In this document: positions 46,801 to 58,482 of the stretch, in pieces
Layout of the letters: each line of letters opens with the position of its first letter
How positions within the stretch are numbered: the first letter of the stretch is position 1
NCBI GenBank assembly: GCA_950097015.1
Contig: CATNEN010000003.1
Location: 2,170,001-2,234,000 of the forward strand
Length of the DNA stretch: 64,000 nt
DNA from: Macrostomum hystrix
Taxonomy: Eukaryota > Animalia > Platyhelminthes
Direction of reading: 5' to 3'
The notes under the pieces: model-generated
What the model was told of the DNA's origin: nothing
Databases searched by the model: none
The model's input: only the letters and a program-made list of their open reading frames with translations
Translations under genes and position numbers: made by a program

Positions 46801-47074
46801 TCGACTGCTGCTGCTGCTGCTGTTGCTGCTGTATTACTGCAAGGCGGGGAACAGTGAAGGCAGCCGATGCCCGACCAGCCGTTCCTGCCATTGCTGTAAA
46901 TGATGCCGATGATGCTTGCACACTCGGTCTAGATGCTGCGCCAGTAGGACGATCGGTTGACTGCTGAGATCTAAAGTAGTCCACGATCATAGTCTGGCGT
47001 AGACCATTAGCATCCGGTGTAGCAATGCTGGCATCCACACGAGCCTTCTTTCCACGGCCACGAAATGCTGACAT
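44400..47074 (-). CDS. Two-exon gene (47074-45137, 45017-44400), 851 aa: disordered poly-Q N-terminus, degenerate Rep-like domain, SF3 helicase/ATPase
   Basis: A phase-0 intron GTATGC...CAACAG (45136-45018) joins the two ORFs in frame. Walker A GPSGVGKT, Walker B MFIDE, B' LLRLINGDTFEVNAKY, motif C position LVLAGH, Arg finger FQRRL. Confidence 0.8.
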
Positions 47075-47555
47075 TTCAAAATTCAAGTCGAGGCGTAGGA
47101 ATTAACTCGTAATTACTCGGTCGGTCAGTCAGTCGGTCACAAAGTAGATGTTAAGCGCGCTCAGTCTTACATAGCTCAATTTTGCGACTGTACTCAACTG
47201 TAGTTCTAGGTTTGACTACAGACAAAACTTTTTTTCGCGAAAATTCACTCGTGTGTATTGCAATCCCCAATTCGCAAATACTAATAGATAAAATTTCTAT
47301 GGCTATTTCGCGAAAAAACCATTACAAGTATATAGACTAGCCATGTTAATTCAATTACTTTCGCAGTATACTTTACTACTTCAGGTGCAATCGGCACTAC
47401 TATAAGTAATATTGCAGTAGTAAGTCAACATTAATAATAATGGGGATCCACACAAAAAGTGTGGATTCCAATATAAAAAAAACTGATTCCTAGTAAAAAT
47501 ATATTTTCATTTCTAGTATAATGTTGCCCATTTTTTTTAAATAAAAAAATGCGTT

Positions 47556-47628
47556 GGGGTGAATGGGATTCGAACCCGAGCCACACTTGTACTAGCGACA
47601 ATGCATTAGACCTGCATGCCAGTTCACT
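47556..47628 (-). ncRNA. tRNA-derived Pol III unit (tRNA-Leu-like pseudogene or SINE head)
   Basis: A-box-like TGGCATGCAGGTCTAATGC, B box GGGTTCGAATCCC, GTGAA/TTCAC acceptor-like pairing and a T-run a few bases downstream. Confidence 0.6.
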
Positions 47629-48019
47629 AACAATTAAAGTGTGTGTTGTCTGGCTATTTATATTGCTTTTCTTTCGCATGTTGTATTCTTATGAACCTTT
47701 TGCAAAAATACTGCCCTTACTTTTGTTTTGGGAACATAGCAGTATTATCGCGAAAATTCATTAATCCATGAATATACATGTACTATAAACACACTTTTAG
47801 CGAAAATACCACCATCAAAAATCAACAGCACTTGAGTCTATTCACAGCCAAGTCAGTTCGCGAATCGACCTCCATCACATATAGCAGCCCTCTGACATCC
47901 ACAATTACATATCAAATAGAGTTTACGGACTTAGAGAATTTTATCATGTCAGTGATAAAATTTTCGACCGTCCCCAGAGCTTAGTTGGTGTAGCTGGTGG
48001 AGTAAATGCAGGTATTATA

Positions 48020-48411
48020 TATATACTCTAAAGAAAGGTGCGCGAGCTGTTTTTTCGCAACTTGACTTCGTCGTCGTCGTCGGCATATGGGGGCTAGTAT
48101 ATAGCCGGGCTGGCTAAACCCCGGGCGATTCGATTCTATTTTTAGCCTACGGCGCACCTTTCTTAAGAGTATATATATACAAGCTGACTCGTGTGTATTT
48201 AAATGGCAGCCTATTGAAGTCTATGGGGCACGCAAGCCAGTATATACTCTTAAGAAAGGTGCGCCTAAAGCTAAAAATAGAAACACCATGCATTTTCGGT
48301 CATCTATTATAGTAACTAGTCGTCATTCTAAGCCCGATCTAGATATAATCTCCGTCGATCATATTGCCTCCAGCGAAAGTGTACAGCGCGCACCTTTCTT
48401 TAGAGTATATA
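48020..48411. repeat. Four alternating-orientation copies of TATATACTCTWAAGAAAGGTGCGC (nested inverted repeats)
   Basis: Copies at 48020 (+), 48151-48175 (-), 48241 (+) and 48387-48411 (-). Confidence 0.85.
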
Positions 48412-48535
48412 CTAGCTGGCTCGCTCTATCCCGCACCGATCTCACTACACTATTTAAGCCTTGGGACGGTCGAGAATTTACAGATTGTAAATTCTCTAAG
48501 TCCATAAACTCTTATAATTGGAGTGCTGCAGCTAG

Positions 48536-48627
48536 GGTGTGGTGTGGTGTGGTGTGTGGTGTGGTGTGTGGTGTGGTGTGTGGTGTGGTGTGGTGTGGTG
48601 TGTGGTGTGGTGTGTGGTGTGTGGTGT
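48536..48627 (+). repeat. (GTGTG/GTG)n simple repeat
   Basis: Seen directly. Confidence 0.95.
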
Positions 48628-49125
48628 TGGGTGGGTGGATGCAGAGTGCAGGTGCAGGTTGGGTAGGTGGTGCATGGTGTCTCACTCTCATATCCTCCCT
48701 TCACTCTGTCCTAGCTTCCTCCCCTATACCTTCGCTTTCCTGAACCCCTTCCTTTAATCTGATGATCCTCTCTTCACTCTCCCTCGCTTTCACTTTCCTC
48801 CTGTACTATCCTCCAAATATGTTTTCTCGAAAGTAAGACATCGATCAGTACAATGAATTAATAATTACAATGAATCAGTCGTACGAATTTGGGTGGGTGG
48901 ATGCAGAGTGCAGGTGGTTGGGTAGGTGGTGGTGTCTGACTCTGCATATCCTCCCTTCACTCTGTCCTAGCTTCCTCCCCTATACCTTCGCTTTCCTGAT
49001 CCCCTTCCTTTAATCTGATGATTCTGGATTCAGGATTCTGGATTCTGATTCAAAATCTGATGATCCTGATCCTCTCTTCACTCTCCCTCGCTTTCACTAT
49101 CCGCCAACTATGTTTTCGCGAAAGT
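48628..49125 (+). repeat. Local ~200-bp direct duplication
   Basis: TTGGGTGGGTGGATGCAGAGTGCAGGTG...TATGTTTTC occurs at ~48628 and ~48889. Confidence 0.85.
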
Positions 49126-49768
49126 TACATGTCAATAAATGGTACCAGAGTGCTTTTCAGTTGAGATCAGTTCGAAGAAACTGAAGCATCCAAAGCCAAA
49201 AACCAAAGCCGAAATCCAAATTTGCAGCTTCTTCTAGCTGCAACTCACTGACTAGCCAGTTTCTGCACTGCTATAGCTACTACTTACAGCAGGCGCATGC
49301 GTAGCTGAAAAGACATTTTTTATCTCCTTAGTGTATTTCTTGCACACGTCTATGGCTGTAAATAGTAGCGCGCAAAAAGCCGAATGACCTTTTTTTGATC
49401 TCCGTAGTGTATTTCTAAATATAGAACATTTTATAAAGGCTATCCCAATTAGGGTCGTCGTCTCTGGGGAAAACTCGCACCGATTTAGAATACACGTACA
49501 ACAGAGGTCCGTTTTGGTCTTGCTGGGGCCTTGGCTGGGGCTTGGCTGGACCAGACACCCCTTTGCCTTGACCAGACCCCCCCTTTCAACATTTTAGGAA
49601 CATAATCACTGATTGTATTATCAATTACGTAATGCATTTTTACCCACATGGCTGAAGCTTGCCTGTGTTTACTTTTGCGGTTCTGTGCTTTAATTCTGTA
49701 GTGCTGGCAATGTAAATTGAAGGACAGATATACAATATAATCTGTATTAATAAACGAAGCCAAACCAC

Positions 49769-49862
49769 TGGCCGACAGCCGGCGGCTGTTCGCGTAGAAC
49801 ATCTGTCGTTTCCCGCCGTCGGTTCATTGGGTAATCGGGGTGGCCCATCGCCGCTTCGATTC
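49769..49862 (+). mobile_element. Short fragment of family-1 LTR U3
   Basis: CATCTGTCGTTTCCCGCCGTCGGTTCATTGGGTAATCGGGGTGG matches the other copies. Confidence 0.8.
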
Positions 49863-50139
49863 GATTTGTTCAAAAAAACTCGCAATAAATGCGTATGCAG
49901 TGGCAACCTGCAATGAGGGAAACAACTCAAAACATGAGTGTCAAAATGCAGGAATATATAAAATGGTGCACAGGTAAATCCAATAAATGTGGACTGCTTA
50001 ACCTTTCGGGGGCTGGGAAAATAGGGCAGTGAGAGGGGAAGGCCAAAAGAGAAGGGGAGTGAGACAGACGGAATAAAAAAGAGACAGAGAGTTTGGCGGA
50101 TTAAGAGAAAAAGGTACGATACACAGGGTTTTGAAATGC

Positions 50140-52415
50140 TGATGTGGGGTGTGCTGCGGGAATCGAGTGGGAATGTGAGCCAGCGGAATTTTTCAAATTT
50201 TTAGGCAGTCAATAATCGCGACCCACCTAGCAGCTGGCCACAAACAAGATCATTAATCTTAGGGCCGGGTTTGGGGCGGCGGTGAATTAAGTAGCCGTCG
50301 AATCCCCTCTCCCTGGATCTGTTTTAGCCCCTGTAGGAATGACTGATCGCGGGCCATAGCTTTATTGTATGAGCTAGTTTAGGTCATAATTCCCCTCCAA
50401 ACCGCGATCAGATATTGGGAATCACTCGGGCATTATGAGTGATCATTAATTCTTCATGTCCCCTCTTCTTTACAGTATTCGAGCCCAGCTCGACTTTATG
50501 ACCTCCTCTTTTAGATACATGTAAATGTCACTGTAGGCAGGTCGGCGCCTGCGCTTCCCATTGTCCTGGCGGAGTAACAATTATTGGCCGACTGCCGGCG
50601 GCTGCTCGTAAAGGAGCATCTGTCGTTTCTCGCCGCCGGGTCATTGGGTAATCGGGGTGGCCATCGCCATGGCCATCGAGGTTGGCGTGCTGCAGGACTA
50701 TTTAAGAAAGCGCGCTGCGCTGCTCCCCCTAGGACCTTGGACCTTCCACCGACCTTCCCGGACCTTCCACCTACCTCCCGGACCTCCTTTCCGACTCCGT
50801 TCGGACCCTCCGGACTCACCTCTACCACTTAGGGTTTAGACCCTCGAGCTCAAAAGCTCAGCATTGCGCTCACAGGCCCATTGCCTGCGCCTAATTCCCT
50901 AACAGTGCAAGCCACCTCTTTAGGTGAGCCCTCAAATTGAGCCTCAGAGCTCCACTGGTGCGTTGGCCCCTGCCAGCTCATAATTAGCTTTTCCCTTCTC
51001 TGCCTTTGCTATTTTGCCCTGCCCTCCCTCGAGAACGACAGACCTGCGGCACGCGACCGGCACTCAGATAAGTAACCCGCGTAGCGGTTTCTGATTGTTA
51101 CCCCAAAGGGACTGTTCTTTTAGCTAGGCGGCACTTTAGTGGGAAAGGGCACTAAGACTTTTTGGCTTAATAAATTAGTACAACTTTCGCCAATCGTTTG
51201 ATCATAGGCCAATCTTTAAAAACAATTTAAATCCTCTCTGCATGTTATCTTCCATGTAATTTTTATATCTTAGACAGCCCTCAGAGATGAGTGGCTAAAC
51301 TCTGAGGGGGTGGGCTCTGGCGAGGCCGAGCTGAAGGCTGCGGCAGGAAGACAACTGTAAGCGCGCACAAGAGTAATAAGGAGCTAGGGATTAGCAAGTA
51401 AAATGCGGAATGTAGCGTGTGCATTTCTGCCTAGGGTCGGGGGATTCCTTGGCCGGCTTTCCTCACCCACTGGCGGGTTCCAGTGTGCGCGTCAAATTCC
51501 TTTGCCAAATTGAATTCTCCTTCTATTCCCCGCCTCTCGTAACCGCGGCCATGGGAGCGAGAGGTGTGATCTAATAATCATCGCTTGCGTAATCACTCAG
51601 CCAGTGTTCTGCTTAATCTCTCCAGCCTCTGATTTCCTCAACTCACACAGATTCGGTTTGTTAGTTACTTTATGTGTAGGCTGCAGTCTAATGTATAGAA
51701 TGTGTCTGATGTCTTATGAGTAGGATTCTGGCTATGGATTCTCATTCAAGTTCTTAGTACCACCTTTCTAGACCCCTGTAGCGCGAATTCAGGAATCCCC
51801 TTTTGAGGGGTGTCTCGATCCATTCTGGGGTTCTCCCCCCAGTCTAAAACGGAAGTTGCAGAATGCCCTATTTTTCGGCTTGTCTAGATCTGCGTGATAA
51901 ACTAGGAGCTGTGTACTCCGGGGACCCAAGTTCCCAAATGCCTGCGGTGGCAACGTAGGCGCATTGGGTGGTGGCGCTACCCTAGATCAACTATCCGCTT
52001 TGCCGATAGCCTTTCCGCAGTTCTGTGACAGGAGCCTAGGCCGAATCGACCACCGCTACCAAGGTTAGGAGTCAGTTGCGCACGCACTACTGACGACAGT
52101 AGACTAGTTAGCCCTGTCCTGTCCGATTCCGGGCAGTCCGACACCTCTCAGACTTTTAGCCGGTTTCGAGCACTGCTTGGGGTAGGCACGGCGGTCATGC
52201 CTGTGGCCTATGGGACGAGTGGGACTGGCCAGCCTGAGGCCGATAGGACCACTCCCTGCATCCGCTGAACTTCCTTCTCTCTCCCTTCATCTCCTCCCTC
52301 TCTCCGCGGCATCTCGCGTGTAGCTAGGCGGATATTTAAGTCGACTCTGTCGCCCGCCTTAGGAGTCTTCTCTCATGAGGGCGGGTCAGCGGTTGCAAAA
52401 CGCCCACCCACTTCA
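50140..52415 (+). mobile_element. Solo LTR, family 1
   Basis: TGATGTGG...CTTCA with ATGC TSD. Confidence 0.92.
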
Positions 52416-53244
52416 ATGCTTCATTTTAATCTTGAGATTATGGATGTTTTAGGCATTTTGGCGGGCTGCCAGAAAACACGTGTACACAACATAAAAAGTC
52501 GGCTAGAATTTGTAAAGCTCCATGCTGTTCAAAATTAATCTTAAGCACGTTGTTCTACTATGAATACACATCCGGGTTATTGGTTCGTATTTTCTTCCTG
52601 CTGTTGTGAAATACTGTGCATGCACATGCGCATACTTAAGAATATACACTGTTCAACCAGGCGTTGCCTTGCCTCCCAAAATAACTACTGGCTTGTGTAC
52701 GTTGCTCGTGCATAAACTGGCATCTACAACCTACATAAAAGCTGCATACCAGCTACGTACCACCTGCATACCACTTGCCTACTGCCTACATACCATCTGC
52801 ATACCTATGGGTTGCATACTATACAGTACAAAATATTTATAACTATGCTACTCAGCAAAAAAGCAATAGGGATGAACTGGGAATAGGCAGAGGAATGGGA
52901 GTAGATAGATGGAGGCAAAGGAAGGCGCGTAAAATGAATATTAGCATAATGTGATTACGGTAAGATGCTTAGCAGTGTCATGTGATTATGGTAAGATGAT
53001 TAGCAGTGCCATACGATGATGGTGAGATGATTACTAGTTATTGAGAAGTAAGCCAGGCAAGTATGATTTCTTTTTAAATTTGAGACTTAAGGTAGAGACA
53101 TGGAAAGTAGATAAAAAATTTAAAGTGATATGTTATACAGTAGTGTAACACGAGATCCTCAGTTATTCCACTCAGTCAGCATAAAGCAGAAAGGCATCCA
53201 GGTAAATGCAGTGAGCGGACTGCAAAAATAATCTGACGTAAAAA

Positions 53245-54141
53245 TCACTTTAAATGACGGCAGAAAACTGCGCTGTGAGGTCGCGCGCTCATCGGAATGC
53301 GAAGGCCGTCACTCCTTGCCTGAACGTTATCAAATGTGACTCTGTCTCCATTCCTAGTGTACTGAAGCATGTAGTGTCCTGTGTTGTAAAATGTGACACC
53401 AGATAAAACCAGAACGGCGTCTCCAGCGTCAACTTCACCGCTCAGGTTCGTTGCAACTCCCATCTCGCACGGCCAAATCAAAATGAGCGGAATGGGCTGC
53501 CTGACATCAACGTGTAATAAGGCGTAACATGGTGGTGCAGTGTCAGTAGTACTATCACTTTGGCTACGGTGCGGACAGACAGCAGTGGTAGGGCGCGTGA
53601 ATTCTTCATTGATCACATCTCCAAGTGAACGTCTACTGACATTTCGCTGAAAAGTTAAAGCCTCGCGCATGTAGTTGAAGCAGTCGAACGCATAATCGTG
53701 TCCTTTGGCACAGACAGCTGGTCGCCTTGTGACTTCCAGGATCGGACCCAGTAGCAACTCGATTACCTCCGACTCATCACCGTCACTGTGGTCGACGATA
53801 ATAGAATTAGCGCCAGAGCTGGAGGCCTTGCGTAGGAATGTATTCCTGTATCTGGATGTCAAAATGGCATCCAGCAGCATCTTCTCTGCAGCCTGCACTG
53901 AGGTGCTGTCTGCAATGCCTAGCAGAGCAGTTGCAATTGCTGTGTGGCCAAACAAGTTGTGCAGCTGTGCCCTGAAGCCATCGTTCGCTCTAATGTGAAA
54001 GATAATCGCCATACAAATATGGTTCTCGGCGCACATTCCATTAAGGTGAACATTAACAGCTTGCGCGTAGCCTGGCCAACCTTCGTAGTCCTGAATATTC
54101 ACCGTGTTGATCAACCTCACGGGAGCGGGTGATACGGATCT
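53245..54141 (-). CDS. Terminal exon encoding a USP/C19-like cysteine peptidase domain, probably part of the MULE gene
   Basis: Acceptor TTTCAG near 54142. Cys-box-like LNGMCAEN and His-box-like LSGVTFYNTGHY...FDN. Confidence 0.5.
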   Translation of the reverse strand, partial: RSVSPAPVRLINTVNIQDYEGWPGYAQAVNVHLNGMCAENHICMAIIFHIRANDGFRAQLHNLFGHTAIATALLGIADSTSVQAAEKMLLDAILTSRYRNTFLRKASSSGANSIIVDHSDGDESEVIELLLGPILEVTRRPAVCAKGHDYAFDCFNYMREALTFQRNVSRRSLGDVINEEFTRPTTAVCPHRSQSDSTTDTAPPCYALLHVDVRQPIPLILIWPCEMGVATNLSGEVDAGDAVLVLSGVTFYNTGHYMLQYTRNGDRVTFDNVQARSDGLRIPMSARPHSAVFCRHLK

Positions 54142-55432
54142 CTGAAATACAATATAGTATAATATGAGTAAAGAAGGAAGTTGGTGCAGGAAGTGTACTT
54201 TGGTCGATAACCTAAACCCAGAATGAAGCATTCTAGCAATCCAAAACACTTACGAGATGTGAGGCGTTGCCATTTGACGGAGTTCCTCGACTTCTCCCGA
54301 CACCTCTACGACTGTGAGCTCCGACTCTGACGGTTCCGAGGCCGCGATCGAATTCATCGGATCTTACGCCACGGTAGATGCTACCAGCTCTAGCACCACG
54401 ATTGGCTGTGCCAGCTCTAGCACCACGATTGGCTGTGCCAGCTCTAGCACCAAGATTGGCTATGCCAGCTCTAGCACCACGATTGGCTGTACTAGCTCTA
54501 GCACCATGATCGCTTGCAAGGCCAAACAAATCAGCATCACATCGGCTTGGAGGCTTAGAGGTGACAGATGCATTCGTCGGATGCACTCTGATGATACGAA
54601 TCGCTGGGTCTGATGTCCGGTAGACTGTAACATTAGCAGGCGTAAGAGTAGAAGCAGACAATTTTGAAATCTTAGCCGGTGGTTCGTCTGCACTGCTGGC
54701 GTCCGGTGCCCGCTTTCTAGCTCCGTCAAGCACCGTATTTCGTTGACGCTAATAAGCAACGCTCCTCCGTTTGGCTGTCTTTGCATTCCATCTGTGGTGC
54801 CGGTGTCTCTGGCCTTGTGGTTTTGTTAGGCCTTCCTCACCCAACGCCGTCTTGGCTGCCCGGTGCCCGGTGCCGCCATCTGATTGGCTGGGCGCGGGCA
54901 TTGTGTGCCTATCCTACCCCAGCCCTGCGTGGCTTTGCCCTCACGCCAATCAGCTCTGCGTAGCTTTGCCCGTCCACCCGTCCAGCGCGTACAACCCTAC
55001 CCCCCCAGCGCGCTGTAGGCTTTGTTTGTGCTCCGCCCCTGTCTGCCCCCTTGTCAGCCCTTAAGGTATCGTTTTCTGCCCGGGCCAAGGCTACCGCTCT
55101 CCCCCCTTGCGAACTTTAAAAGATCGTGCCGTAAAGACGGTCTCTTACGGCGAAGGCTCAATTTATTGCATAGCGAAGTGATTATTGACGAGTGATTCCG
55201 AGCGTATGGTTTATTAAAGTGCAAAAATTGCCGACAAATACATTCAGCGTCATCCTGCCATCCTATCGTGCATCCCGACCGGTAAGCACTGTATTTGTGT
55301 CTGTCCTTTCGGGGTGCCATGTCCGCACGGAGTACTGTAGTAATCTTAGAAGTACTGTGTGAGCGTCCTAACGCCACCAGTCCCTGACTGCAACAGAGCG
55401 TCCTAACGCCTGGTTCAGTGATCGATAATATT

Positions 55433-57351
55433 TTACTTAATAGGGCTGTGGGCCGGGGATCTCAAACCGACCACTGTCACAACACATCCATCGCCTGTTT
55501 GTTGATGAGCAGCAGTACCACCTCTCGTGCCCTGCCGACGGCCGCGGGCATACCTTGGTGGCTTTTTTCGCAGCGTCTCCTTTGCTACTCGTCCTAATCG
55601 GTAGCGGACGGTCAGGAGATGGCGTCTAGCGAGACGCGGCAGCCTCAGGCATGATCCACGCACTCTTAGCAAACTGCTCTTTGCCCACCGAAAGTACGAT
55701 TCGATCGAAGCATTTGTCACGTATTGTCCCTGCTTCGGAGTGCCCGCAAACACAGACACATTCCATAGCGGAAATAGTGGCAGCCACAGTTTCGCCACTC
55801 GCTCCATTGCCTCGTAAGCGGACTCCAAATTAGGAGGAAGACCAGCAATACCTGAAGGCTCGCACGGATTAATGGTAGCGAAGTGTCTGGCAAACGGAGA
55901 AGAATCTCGCAGGCTGCTTCCCATATTGCTGTAGGTACCATCAACTTCCGTTGAGCCAAGAGGCGTGTGGTGTTCAGGTGTCTCTGCAGTTGGAAGCTCG
56001 TTTATTGCTCGAGTACACTCTTCTGGTAAGGTGTCATCTCCAGAAAGACGCTCAAATGCAGCTTCCACATCCTCAGTGAGTTCTGGAGAGCAGAACGCTA
56101 TTATCATCGTCTTCCAGACATCGGCAGCCGCAGGCAGAGACTCCGCAAGTATGAGTTTCGCAAAAGCTTGCAAAAATAAGCGCCTGGTCTGCGCGTTTTC
56201 TACACAGATCGACGATGCTACGCGGTGCAGAAAGTGCGAAGAGCAAATAAAGAGCAGCGGAGTATCTGCCGGTCCAGGTTCCGCAGCGGTCAATCGCGTG
56301 TACTGCAGTCGCAAATATGCTATAGGCGTCATCACGCAAGCCGCGCGCAAGACTGCGTGAATGAACACCCAGCTAAAGTCCATGACGTATAGCTGGGGCC
56401 CTTCAGTGCTGACCCTCCAAACTCCAACATCACAATGGCGCGCAAAATTGTGCAGAAACCCGTCTAGCCACGCCGTAACATCCTCCGTCCGTGTCCGTTC
56501 GAGTATGCATTCTGTAACAGGGGTGCAGACAACCCCATCCGTTGATACGACAGCACTGCACAGAAGTAGATTGTCGGGCACATTAGTCGTAGGTTTCACG
56601 AGCCCACCTGTGGCGTCCACGTGTACAGCTTCGAAAGGTTGCTTAACCAGCAACCTTTTCAAAAGTTGCAATTGCTCCTGGCAATATAGGTGCACGCCGA
56701 CTGGTGCACCGTCAATTTTTTGGATAAACCCGCGCAGACCATTTTCAGGGCCCATCGCAGCGTCCCAATCTCTCTTCTGGCGCAGCAAATCAATGAGGCA
56801 GTCTGTAGACAAATCTTCCGCACTCTAGCTTTCTTTACAGCATCTTACCTTACTGCAGCAAGAGAGCAGCTCCCTGATCCATGCCGATGAACAGATGCCT
56901 CATATATTTCAGTCGGCCGTGCATCCGGACGTTGAGCTTCCTGGCGAACAAAATCCCGACTTGCCTCACTGCCACGCTGCCACTTGGCCTGGCAGGCCGT
57001 CTCTGGATTAACAGCTTCGTGCCCTGAATGGTATCCTTTTTTGACAATAGTAAGTATGCCACCACTACTGCTTGGAGGTCTCTTCATAGTTACAGTAAAT
57101 GCAGCTCTGCAGCCTCCTCCTTCTCCACAAGCAAGCCGTAGCCAATAGAAAGTGGTGTTTCTCCGCTCAGAAACAGGCCGGCAGACTTCTCTATTGGTGT
57201 GTAAAAAGCCATATTCTCCAAGCTCCTGAAGGATTTTGCCCACAACAGTAGTTCTAAATAATGGGCTGAACTTTCCTTCGGCAGCCTTGTAATGTTCAGC
57301 AAAAACCTCGATGCTTATAGCATGCTCACTGCAACTTGGCGACTCCTGCAT
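55433..57351 (-). pseudogene. MULE/NOF-Foldback-type DDE transposase, disrupted
   Basis: N-terminal C-x5-C...H-x2-H finger. Motifs GFIQKI...VHLY, HVDATG (D1), MDFSW (D2), ICSSHF (CxxH) and TNASIESYF (E). Confidence 0.75.
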
Positions 57352-57409
57352 TGGCTGAAAAGCATAAAGTGGAATGTACTTATATATTTAAAAGTAATTG
57401 ACTGTAAGT

Positions 57410-58360
57410 ACCATATTGTGCCATATCACGCCATATCATGCCATATTATTCCAGATCGTGCCATGTGAAATCAAAGACTACCATATCATGCTATATGTTA
57501 TCATATACAACCAAATCATACAAGTTAATGTCACATGCTACTACAGACAACTATATCATACAAGATATATGATACTAGGTCATATCTTACCAGATAATGC
57601 CATATCATACCATATCATGCCATATAATACAAGATCATGCCATATCATACCATATCATGCCATATAATACAAGATCATGCCATATCATACCATATCATGC
57701 CATATGATACCATATCATATCATATAATCCAAGATCATGCCATGCCATATCAGATTATGCTATACCATGTAAGATCATGCCACATGACATCATAGACTAC
57801 CATATCATACCAGATCATGTCATATACTACTACAGATTGCTATATCATAATAGATTTGACTATGTCAGGCTATATCATATCACATTATGCCATATCATAC
57901 CATATTATGATCATATTATACTAGATCATGCCATGTGAAATCAAAGACAACCATATATAATACCCAATCACGTCAAATTATATCACAGACTACTTCATCA
58001 TACAAGATTAATACTGTTCAAATTTATTAAGGCACATTTTTGAATGAATTAGACCATAGTATTGCAAACAATTTCCAAATTTGCTATGCCAAGTATATAA
58101 GAAGTCATATGCCATATGCCATAAATATTATTTCATATGCAAAAATGTGTGCTAAAGACTTGACAAGAGGCTTGCATATGCCAGAAAATTCTGGTCTATA
58201 TCATACAAGATTTTACTATAACTGGCTAATACTAGATACTGCCATAGTAGGTCATATCATCCCATATTATACATATTATCCCATTTGATCATGTCAAATG
58301 ATATCACAGACTACTTCATCATACAAGATTAATACTATACCAGGTCATATCATACCATCC
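57410..58360. repeat. Degenerate 10-bp tandem repeat (CATATCATAC / CATATCATGC)
   Basis: Seen directly. It lies just upstream of the MULE gene. Confidence 0.85.
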
Positions 58361-58482
58361 TTAATTAAATTACAGTTTCACAGTAATTTTTACACCATAC
58401 AAATTTTTATATTTAAAACCGTGCGGAAAACCATGCGGAAAACAATGCGGTGAAAGACCCACTCATTTTCAATAAATTTCTT

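Noticed and set aside
47590-47603. Amber-suppressor tRNA (CTA at the loop centre)
   Set aside because: There is no U33 and the stems are imperfect. More likely a decayed tRNA-Leu(TAG) derivative.
48086-48125. Canonical CRESS nonanucleotide origin
   Set aside because: The hairpin reads TAGTATATA rather than NANTATTAC, and the stem is only 5 bp.
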